A stretch of DNA of 64,000 bases from contig JAZDCY010000026.1 in the NCBI GenBank assembly GCA_036679645.1, positions 1 to 64,000 on the forward strand. Direction: 5' to 3'. The translations under genes were made by a program, and so were the position numbers. The notes under the pieces were generated by a model that saw nothing but the letters and a program-made list of their open reading frames with translations, did no database searches and had not been told where the DNA came from. Source of the DNA: Gemmatimonadota bacterium. Its GTDB lineage: Bacteria > Gemmatimonadota > Gemmatimonadetes > Gemmatimonadales > GWC2-71-9. Of the stretch, positions 56,414 to 64,000 are shown one piece after another (positions within the stretch are counted from its first letter, which is position 1; each line of letters begins with the position of its first letter).

Positions 56414-57481
56414 TCAACGAATGGCCCAGTTCCAGATCCGGCGACCGATGCGCGTCAACCACGGTTGCGCCTCTTCCGACCACATGGGGTACAGATCGGC
56501 CCGCCAGCGTTTGAGCATTCGACGGTCGAGCGCCAGGATTCCTTCCATCGTCACGCCGGAGGGCGGTGCGGAGAGGCTCACGAGGCGCGGGTACACCCGT
56601 CGGCGGTCATCCGGGTCCACCCGCTGCAACAGGTGCCACAGCGTGATCCAGCTGCGGTGCCGGAGCGTGATATTGTGCGACGCCGTGTACATGGCGGCGA
56701 GGACGACGTCGAGATCGGTCGCGGACCCCTCCCCCGTGTCCAGCCGATGCAGGGCCGCGCGCGCGTCCTCGGCCAGTTCCACCGCGTATGGCGTGCCCGG
56801 CCGGTGCCCTAGCTGCACCTCTGCAATGAACCCGGTCGGTACGAGTGATATGTCGTCGCCCTGCTTCAACTCCACCCAACCGGAGGTTACGTGCAGCCAA
56901 CTCGTTCCGGCACTGTCTACCTCCAGGGTGTACGCGCAGCCGAGGTCGGTTGCCAGCACGGAGGGCGTCTCCACGAAGAAGAGCCGCGGCGGGGCGCTGA
57001 TCACGGCGTGGAGCGACCCGCGCTCGACGGTCAGCCGGTGCGCCGTGAGACCGGCCCGGTCGAGGCGAACGCGACTGCCGGGCCCCACCTCCACCGTCCC
57101 GATCCGGCCGACGCTGAGGCGGGCGCTGGAGACGGCGTCGGTCACGAGCCATTGCCCGGTGGTGAGGGCGCCGGCCTCGGTCAGTGGGTCGCCGGCCACC
57201 GCGGGAGCGCCGGCCAGCGGCACCACCTTCCAGGCAGACGGCGCACGGTACGCGCGCAGGAGCCCCGCGGTGCCACCACCCACGATGGCGAGCAGCACGG
57301 CGGCCGCCGCGAGCCACGGCGATCTTACCTGGCGTCGGACGAACCGGACCGCGCGACCGTCGACCGGAGCATGCACCTCGGTCTGGATCCTCTCCCAGAG
57401 CGCGTCAGGCTCCGGTGGGGAGTTGAGCGGGAGGTGCCGCAGCAACTCCTCCAACTCCCGGGGCTCAGGCGTCTGTGACAT
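56414..57481 (-). CDS. FecR-domain anti-sigma factor
   Basis: PPEPDALWERI, single TM, L.TGQWLVTD..SSARL, LTVERGSL, VETPS, LHVTSGWVEL. Confidence 0.82.
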   Translation of the reverse strand: MSQTPEPRELEELLRHLPLNSPPEPDALWERIQTEVHAPVDGRAVRFVRRQVRSPWLAAAAVLLAIVGGGTAGLLRAYRAPSAWKVVPLAGAPAVAGDPLTEAGALTTGQWLVTDAVSSARLSVGRIGTVEVGPGSRVRLDRAGLTAHRLTVERGSLHAVISAPPRLFFVETPSVLATDLGCAYTLEVDSAGTSWLHVTSGWVELKQGDDISLVPTGFIAEVQLGHRPGTPYAVELAEDARAALHRLDTGEGSATDLDVVLAAMYTASHNITLRHRSWITLWHLLQRVDPDDRRRVYPRLVSLSAPPSGVTMEGILALDRRMLKRWRADLYPMWSEEAQPWLTRIGRRIWNWAIR

Positions 57482-58058
57482 CGAGAGGCTCCTCTGGCGG
57501 CGGGTGGCCTGGGTGAAGGTGCGCGAGCTGGCGCGCCAGGATCGCGTGCGCGCGACTCAACCGCGAGGCGATGGTGCCGACCGAGCAATCGAGCGCCGTC
57601 GCGATCTCATCGTATGACAGATCGTCGAGGTAGCGGAGCAGCACCGCGAGCCGCAGCTTGGGCGAGAGGCGGGAGACCGCCACGGCCACCTCGCCGCTCA
57701 GGTCGGTCGGGTCCGCCGGTTCCACCGCGGGATGGATTGCCGAGGGGATGTCCCCGAACAGCACCACGCGCCGACGGCGACGCAGCTCGTCGATGCATGC
57801 GTTGGCCGCGATCCGGTACAACCAGGTCGAGAACCGGGCGTCGGTCCGGAACCCATGCGCGGCCCGGAAGGCCTTCACGAATACCTCCTGCGTGACGTCC
57901 AGCGCAGCGGCGTGGTCGCCGCGCAGGTAATGCAGGGCGACGGAATACACGCGGTCCCGATACCGCTCGTAGACCCGGCGCTGTGCTTCGGGATCGCCCC
58001 GGCGGCAGCCTTCGAGGATGTCGGCGTCGAGTTCCGGCTCCGCCACGAGGGTCTCCAT
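57465..58058 (-). CDS. ECF RNA polymerase sigma factor
   Basis: DVTQEVFVKAF, FSTWLYRIAANACID, LSPKLRLAVLLRYLDDLSYDEIA...GTIASRLSRA. Confidence 0.95.
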   Translation of the reverse strand: METLVAEPELDADILEGCRRGDPEAQRRVYERYRDRVYSVALHYLRGDHAAALDVTQEVFVKAFRAAHGFRTDARFSTWLYRIAANACIDELRRRRRVVLFGDIPSAIHPAVEPADPTDLSGEVAVAVSRLSPKLRLAVLLRYLDDLSYDEIATALDCSVGTIASRLSRAHAILARQLAHLHPGHPPPEEPLDVTDA

Positions 58059-58067
58059 CTATCGAGT

Positions 58068-58097
58068 TGGACGGAGCGAGGCTCCGCTTTCTTCCCT
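58068..58097 (-). promoter_or_regulatory. Possible ECF-type autoregulatory promoter
   Basis: Minus strand GGGAAG-N17-CGTCC about 10 nt before the sigma ATG; no SD. Confidence 0.35.
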
Positions 58098-58116
58098 CGA
58101 CATCTCCTTCAAGCGG

Positions 58117-61100
58117 CTACGGTGGCAGTAGCCGGCGGCCCGGCGTCCACGGCGCGCCTGCCGCTTCGAGTGCCTGCTCCAATTGCGAGAGGTCGCGGTC
58201 CAGAGCCGACAGTTCCTGAAGCAGGGCGCCGAAATCGCTACTGGCGATCTCGAGATTCCGCCGCTGCGTCGCAGTGGGCGCCTGCCGCGTGTTCCAGTGC
58301 CCATCAATCACCCGCGCTACTCGGCCACGAATCGACGGCACGCTCGGCTCGTTCAACTGCCCGCGGATGCGGTCTCCCGAAAGCGCCGTCCGCAATTCCG
58401 TCAGCGCCGCGCCGAGCGTATCGATGCGTGCAAAGAGCACGGGATCAGCAGCGGGCGTCTCGACGAGCGCCGCGCGCATGTGACGTAGCCTGTCCCGCGC
58501 CCGGCTAATCTCCTCGCCTGCGCCGGCCACGCGCCGCATCAACTCGCTCGTCTCCTGTTGGAATACGGCCACCGCACGGAAGTCCGTGCCCGGCGGCGCT
58601 GAGGGTACGGGTTTCACCTCGAACGACTGCGCGCTGCCGAGTGATTGCACGCCGGCGCTCGAGAACAGCATCAATTCGACACTGTACCGACCGGGTGGGA
58701 CGAGCGGTCCTTGTGGGGGCGTCACCCAGGGTGGCGAGAAGTCCGGCGTCTCGAACTCGACCGGGTTCGGCGCCGGCCGACGCAGATCCCAGCTCACGCG
58801 GTGGAGCCCGACCTTTACCGGTCCCTCGACCCAGCGTATCGGCTGACCCTGCGCGTCGCGCACCATGAGCAACACACGCGGTTCACCCTCGATGGCTTCA
58901 CGCAGGAGGCGATCGTAGCCGGGAAACGGCACGTCGTCTCCGCCGTCGCGCAGGTCGCCTTCGGCAGCGCGACGTGCTTCGCGCTGGGTCGGTGGCACCT
59001 CGTCGAGGTAGTACGAGAACACCGCACCGAACGGCGGGTTGGCGGCACGATAACTGTCACTTCCCAATGTGGGCATGCCCCGCGCCTGCATCGGCTCGTT
59101 CGGGATGTACCACCACGTATCCCGTACCGGAAAGAGTGTGCTGCCGGCCAGCGCGCCGGCCGCCATCTCACGGAGCGGCGCATAGTCGTCCAGCACGTAG
59201 AACCCTCTTCCGAACGTGACACCCACGACGTCCCCGTCGCGCCGCTGAATCTTGATGTCCCGGAATGCGATCGTGGGAGCCCCGTCGAGCCTGATCCAAT
59301 TGGTGCCATGGTTCAGCGTGACGTACAGCCCGAATTCCGTGCCGAGAAAGATGAGGTTGGGGTTCACGTGATCCTGCTGCAGCGCCCAGACGATGGTGCC
59401 GGCTGGAAGGTCCCCGGCAATCGAGCGCCAGCTGCGCCCGCGGTCGGTGCTCTCGAACACGTACGGCGTCTGGTCGCCGGTCTTGTGCGCGTCCGCGACG
59501 GCGAACACCGTCGCCACATCCATCTGCGATGCCTCAACATCATTGATGAAGGAAAAGTCCGGAACGTTCGGGAGGTCGGCCGCAACACGCCAGCTCTGTC
59601 CACCGTCCTCGCTCACCTGAATCAATCCGTCGTCGGATCCGGTATAGATCACGCCCTCCTCGACGGGTGACTCCGAGATCGCGGTGAGCGTGGCGTACCA
59701 CGACATCGCACTGTTGCCGTAGAGCGCATCCACGCTCCACACCCGTCCCATCGACTCCAATTCGTACCGATTCTGGTTACGGGTGAGGTCGCCGCTCAAC
59801 ACCGTCCACGAGTTGCCACGATCCTCGCTACGCCACAGGCGCTGCGAACCAAAGTAGAGTCGGTTGGCCGCGTGTGGGCTGACGAGAATGGGCGCGTCCC
59901 AATTCCAGCGCTCGGGAGCGTCGCTGGGCGCAGGCTGTGGCTTGATGTCGAGCGCCTCATTGCTGCGACGATCCACCCGAACGAGGTTACCTCGCTGCCA
60001 CTCCATGTACATGACGTGGGGATCGCCAGGATCAAAAGCCACGCCGTACCCGTCCGCTCCCAACGGGACATACCAATCCTGGTTGCGTACGCCATCTGTG
60101 TGCATCGTCCGTGACGGGCCGAACAGCGTACCAAGGTCCTGCGCCCCGCCCAGCACGTTGTAGAATGGTTCCGCGTTGTCGAGCGCAAGCTTGTAGAACT
60201 GAGATACCGGCAGGTTCGGGAAGTGACGCCACGTGGCACCCTCGTCGAAGGTCTCATAGAGGCCGGCATCGGTACCCACGATCAGGTGCAATCGATCGTG
60301 CGGGTCGATCCACAGTGCGTGGTTATCGCTATGCTTCGCGTGCCCCGTTTCCAGGTAGTCGAACGTCGCGCCACCGTCCCGCGTGACGTGCACGAATACG
60401 TCCATCTGATAGACGAGATCTGGATCGTGCGGTGACGCCTCGATCTCCTGATAGTAGTGCGGGCCGGTGCCACCGGAGAGGTAGGCGTTGCGCCGCTCCC
60501 AGCTCTCACCCTTGTCCAGCGACCGGTAGAAACCGCGCTCTTCTTCTTCGTTCGCTTCGACCGTGGCATACACGATCTCCGGACTGGCCGCGGACACCGC
60601 GAGACCAATCTTCCCCATGTCGCCCTCTGGGAGCCCGACCTCGAGCCGTCGCCACGTCTCGCCGCCGTCGGTCGACTTGTAGATCCCGGACTCGGGGCCG
60701 CCCGCCAGCAGCGACCAGATGTGACGACGGCGCTGATAGGCGGCCGCGTACATCACGTCCGGGTTCGACGGATCGAACTCCACGTCCGTGACGCCCGTGT
60801 TCTCGGAGATCGTGAGCACCGCGGTCCACGTCTCGCCACCATCCGTCGTCCTGTACAGACCGCGCTCGCCACCCGCTGCCCACAGCGGGCCCTCCGCTGC
60901 GACGAACACCACGTTACCGTCTCTGGGATCGACGAGGATCTTGCCGATGTGCTCCGATGTTTCGAGCCCCATCCCATCCCAGGAGCGTCCGCCGTCGCGA
61001 CTGCGATAGACACCACTCCCCCAGCCCACGTGCCGGCCGCTAACGTTCTCGCCGGTGCCGACCCACACGACGTCGGGATTGCTCGGGTCGAGCGCCACGT

Positions 61101-61395
61101 CGCCAATGGAATACGACGGTTGGTCGTCGAAGACGGGCGTCCAGGTAACGCCGGCATTGGTAGTCTTCCACAACCCGCCGGATCCCACGGCCACATACCA
61201 TGTGCTGCGCTTGTCAGGGTGCACGGCGATATCGGCGATCCGGCCGCCCATGAAGGCTGGTCCGATGCCCCGCAGCGTCAGGCCTGACACTGCCCGTGAA
61301 ACCATCTCCGGGGTTTGAGAGGTCACACTCGCTACGGGAGCGAGAGCGAACACGATCAGGAAGGCTAGTGCTGCCTGACGGGCGCGATTACTCAT
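58117..61395 (-). CDS. Second secreted BNR/VPS10-like beta-propeller protein
   Basis: LRGIGPAFMGGRIADI; many SxDGGxxW repeats; C-terminal EAAGAPWTPG shared with 27993-31319. Confidence 0.9.
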   Translation of the reverse strand: MSNRARQAALAFLIVFALAPVASVTSQTPEMVSRAVSGLTLRGIGPAFMGGRIADIAVHPDKRSTWYVAVGSGGLWKTTNAGVTWTPVFDDQPSYSIGDVALDPSNPDVVWVGTGENVSGRHVGWGSGVYRSRDGGRSWDGMGLETSEHIGKILVDPRDGNVVFVAAEGPLWAAGGERGLYRTTDGGETWTAVLTISENTGVTDVEFDPSNPDVMYAAAYQRRRHIWSLLAGGPESGIYKSTDGGETWRRLEVGLPEGDMGKIGLAVSAASPEIVYATVEANEEEERGFYRSLDKGESWERRNAYLSGGTGPHYYQEIEASPHDPDLVYQMDVFVHVTRDGGATFDYLETGHAKHSDNHALWIDPHDRLHLIVGTDAGLYETFDEGATWRHFPNLPVSQFYKLALDNAEPFYNVLGGAQDLGTLFGPSRTMHTDGVRNQDWYVPLGADGYGVAFDPGDPHVMYMEWQRGNLVRVDRRSNEALDIKPQPAPSDAPERWNWDAPILVSPHAANRLYFGSQRLWRSEDRGNSWTVLSGDLTRNQNRYELESMGRVWSVDALYGNSAMSWYATLTAISESPVEEGVIYTGSDDGLIQVSEDGGQSWRVAADLPNVPDFSFINDVEASQMDVATVFAVADAHKTGDQTPYVFESTDRGRSWRSIAGDLPAGTIVWALQQDHVNPNLIFLGTEFGLYVTLNHGTNWIRLDGAPTIAFRDIKIQRRDGDVVGVTFGRGFYVLDDYAPLREMAAGALAGSTLFPVRDTWWYIPNEPMQARGMPTLGSDSYRAANPPFGAVFSYYLDEVPPTQREARRAAEGDLRDGGDDVPFPGYDRLLREAIEGEPRVLLMVRDAQGQPIRWVEGPVKVGLHRVSWDLRRPAPNPVEFETPDFSPPWVTPPQGPLVPPGRYSVELMLFSSAGVQSLGSAQSFEVKPVPSAPPGTDFRAVAVFQQETSELMRRVAGAGEEISRARDRLRHMRAALVETPAADPVLFARIDTLGAALTELRTALSGDRIRGQLNEPSVPSIRGRVARVIDGHWNTRQAPTATQRRNLEIASSDFGALLQELSALDRDLSQLEQALEAAGAPWTPGRRLLPP

Positions 61396-61420
61396 CGGAG
61401 TTCCTCGTTGTTGCGTGACT

Positions 61421-63352
61421 CTATCCGATCTGGCCGAGCCGCTTCACGAGCTCGCCGGCGGTCTGTACACGGTCCTCGGGCGCCTTCGCCAGCAAGGTCA
61501 TGATCACCGTGGAGAGGGCGGGCGGGATCTCGGGATTGACCTCGGTGGGCGGGACCGCGTGCTCCTGCAGAACCTTGGTGATAAGGGAGACCGGAGTGCG
61601 CCCCTCGAACGGCAACTTCTGCGTTGTGCATTCGTACAGCACCACGCCGACCGCGTAGAGATCGCTGCGTGCGTCAACACTTTCCGAAAGCAGTTGCTCC
61701 GGCGACATGTAGCTTGGCGTACCAACGATGAGTCCGGTTTCAGTCAGCGTGCTGGATCGCTCGGCGAGCCGGGCGATCCCGAAGTCCATCACCTTGAGCA
61801 CGCCATCGTCGTCCAGCAGCAGGTTCTGCGGTTTGATATCACGATGGATCACGCCGTTCTCATGTGCGACGACCAGTGACTCGGCGAGCTGCGTGCCGAT
61901 CGCCAACGTCGATTGTGGCGTCAGCGGACCCCGGAGATCCACGAGCTGCCGGACCGTAATCCCCTCGACGTACTCCATCGTCAGGTAATACACGCCACGC
62001 CATTCCCCAAAATCGTGTGTGCGCACGACATTCCGATGAGAGATACGGCGCGCCAGGCGGATCTCGCTCTTGAATCGCTCAATGAGCGCGTCACCCACCG
62101 CAAGCAACTCCGGTCGCAGCGTCTTGATGGCCACGTCCTCGTCCAGTTCCAGATCGCGCGCGCGGTACACGGTACCCATGCCCCCCGTGCCGATCACCGA
62201 CACGATCTCATAGCGCTCGCCGAATCCCTGCCCCTCCTCGAGGCTGCCACCGTCGAGCAACGCGACTTTCTCCTGCGAGGTCCGCGCAATCCCGATATCC
62301 ATACGCAATTCGTTCAGCCGGTCCTGTAACCGGGCCTCGCGCGTGCGTACCTCTGCTGCCATCCCGTCGAACACGCGCGCCAGGTGTCCCAACTCGTCGC
62401 CCCGTTGCGCCACGTCCGCAAGCATCCCGGTTTCGTACCGGCCCGCTTCCACCGCCGACGCCGCCTCGACGAGGCGCGTCACCTGCTGGAGGTCATTCAA
62501 CTCCTTGTCACGGTGGCGCTTCTTGTCGAGTGACGCGCTGATCCGCGCACGCAACAGGACGACGTCGAACGGTTTCGGCAGAAAATCCTCCGCCCCCGCC
62601 TCGATACATCGCACGACACTCGGCATATCGTCGAGCGCCGAGATCATGATGACCGGGATGTCACGCGTCGCCGCAGCCCCCTTGAGTTGCGCCAGCACTT
62701 CATAGCCATCGATGTCGGGCATCATGACGTCGAGCAACACCAAGTCGTACCGACCGGTGGCGGCCATCTCCAGGGCCCTCCGCCCGCCCTCGGCACATGC
62801 CACCGCGTAGCCCTCGCGCTCGAGCCGGCGGCGCAGCACCTCACGGTTGTCCTCGACGTCATCCACCACGAGCATCGTCGGGGCCTGCTCGCCGCCGCCC
62901 GCGTCCGTGGATCGTGTCTCGCAATCGGGCTGCACCGGATCTGCCAGCATGCCCGCAGGAATCAACTTTGCCGCGGCGCCGAGAATCCGGTGGAGATCGG
63001 ACGTGAATTCCCGGTCGGCGGCGGGCTCGGTGAGTCGGAGCAATCCTTCAACCGAGCGGACGATGCGCTGCTGTGGGTCGCGCAGCGAACGGTACAGTTC
63101 CGCCACCTCTTCGGCCCTGATCCCGTCACTGCGCCCGCCGAGCAGGCGATCGATCAGGGCAAGCAGGTCGCGCGCGGCGGCGAGTGTCTCTTCGAGCGCC
63201 GCCCGGCGCGGCGCAAGCGACGGCTCCGCCGCGTCTTCGAGCAGCATCTCGGCGTAACCGACAATGTGATTGATGGGGGTACGGAGGTCGTGCCGCAGCT
63301 CGGCGGTGGATTCCGGCGTCAGCGGCGCATGGGGTTCGGCAAACGAGGTCAT
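61421..63352 (-). CDS. HisKA(DHp)-REC-HAMP-like-Ser/Thr kinase fusion
   Basis: ATG 63352 overlaps the upstream [27 protein letters not shown]...LLDVMMP...MISA...[46 protein letters not shown]. Confidence 0.88.
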   Translation of the reverse strand: MTSFAEPHAPLTPESTAELRHDLRTPINHIVGYAEMLLEDAAEPSLAPRRAALEETLAAARDLLALIDRLLGGRSDGIRAEEVAELYRSLRDPQQRIVRSVEGLLRLTEPAADREFTSDLHRILGAAAKLIPAGMLADPVQPDCETRSTDAGGGEQAPTMLVVDDVEDNREVLRRRLEREGYAVACAEGGRRALEMAATGRYDLVLLDVMMPDIDGYEVLAQLKGAAATRDIPVIMISALDDMPSVVRCIEAGAEDFLPKPFDVVLLRARISASLDKKRHRDKELNDLQQVTRLVEAASAVEAGRYETGMLADVAQRGDELGHLARVFDGMAAEVRTREARLQDRLNELRMDIGIARTSQEKVALLDGGSLEEGQGFGERYEIVSVIGTGGMGTVYRARDLELDEDVAIKTLRPELLAVGDALIERFKSEIRLARRISHRNVVRTHDFGEWRGVYYLTMEYVEGITVRQLVDLRGPLTPQSTLAIGTQLAESLVVAHENGVIHRDIKPQNLLLDDDGVLKVMDFGIARLAERSSTLTETGLIVGTPSYMSPEQLLSESVDARSDLYAVGVVLYECTTQKLPFEGRTPVSLITKVLQEHAVPPTEVNPEIPPALSTVIMTLLAKAPEDRVQTAGELVKRLGQIG

Positions 63353-63719
63353 TGTGTGCGTTGCAGCAGCGCCTCGATCTTCGACAACAACCGCGGCAAC
63401 TCGATCGGCTTGGTGTCGTAGTCGTCGCACCCCGCCTCGATCGCTCTCTCGCGGTCTCCCGCCATCGCGTGCGCTGTGAGCGAATGATCGGCACGGCGGC
63501 GGTCTCCGCGGACGCACGCAGCTGCCGCGTGGCGTCCCATCCATCGATCTCCGGCAAACTCATGTCCATCAAGATCACGTCATACCCACCTTCGCGGGCC
63601 TTGTCGATTCCTTCTTGCCCATCGACCGCCATCACAACATCGTAGCCCTTCCGCTGCAAGCGGCGCGACAGCATGTCACGGTTCATCTCGTTGTCCTCGA
63701 CCAGCAGAATACGCGGCAT
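63349..63719 (-). pseudogene. Single-domain (DivK-like) response regulator with a 1-nt frameshift at ~63483
   Basis: ILLVEDNEMNRDMLSRRL...LMDMSLP.IDGW...VPII, then other frame [33 protein letters not shown] lacks the G of GCG (IIALTAHAM). Confidence 0.85.
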
Positions 63720-64000
63720 CTAATCCGTCTCCCCATTTTGCGTGTCCGTCAGGCGTAGTTCCGCCGGGAGGCGGATTGTGAAGATCGACCCGTGGCCGGG
63801 CTCGCTCTCCACGAGCACGTCGCCGCCCATCATATGGCAAAAACGACGGGTGATGGCTAGCCCCAACCCCGTTCCGCCGTAGCGGCTCGTGGTCGATGCC
63901 TCCGCCTGGGAGAAAGCCTCAAAGAGCCGGTCCATCTGCTCCGCCGTCATGCCGATCCCGGTATCGCCCACCGCGAACGTGACCACCTCGCGCTCGTCCG
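63720..64000 (-). CDS. Histidine kinase, HATPase_c C-terminus (partial)
   Basis: [10 protein letters not shown] (G1), LFEAFSQ (F), [10 protein letters not shown] (G2), [11 protein letters not shown]. Confidence 0.92.
   Translation of the reverse strand, partial: DEREVVTFAVGDTGIGMTAEQMDRLFEAFSQAEASTTSRYGGTGLGLAITRRFCHMMGGDVLVESEPGHGSIFTIRLPAELRLTDTQNGETD

Overview
GC-rich bacterial chromosomal window, most likely Gemmatimonadota. This is inferred from gene content: four Hanks-type Ser/Thr kinases with TPR, PD40 or REC partners, a BTAD/SARP-TPR regulator, two ~1,100-aa BNR/VPS10 beta-propeller proteins, several secreted peptidases and an MPVTAKLSRKFYE-type coiled-coil protein. No rRNA, tRNA, CRISPR array, integrase or transposase was recognised. 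Main modules: (1) SARP/BTAD regulator divergent from alpha/beta-hydrolase, DedA/VTT, FAD oxidoreductase and NAD epimerase genes; (2) a CDGSH Fe-S protein followed by an unannotated 33-aa Lys/Arg-rich peptide gene; (3) a cold-shock/translation cluster (DEAD helicase, csp, rpsU, GIY-YIG-like); (4) an S9 peptidase / VPS10 / M61 peptidase run; (5) an M15 carboxypeptidase-mpaA-spmAB-like peptidoglycan operon; (6) a 2,877-aa cyclic beta-1,2-glucan synthase; (7) an ECF sigma-FecR-cytochrome c operon; (8) a His kinase, a single-domain response regulator and a HisKA-REC-HAMP-Ser/Thr kinase fusion. Across the window many genes carry apparent internal deletions or frameshifts, including a collapsed toxin-antitoxin pair and a collapsed XRE-partner gene. 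All family assignments come from motif recognition by eye; no database search was run.
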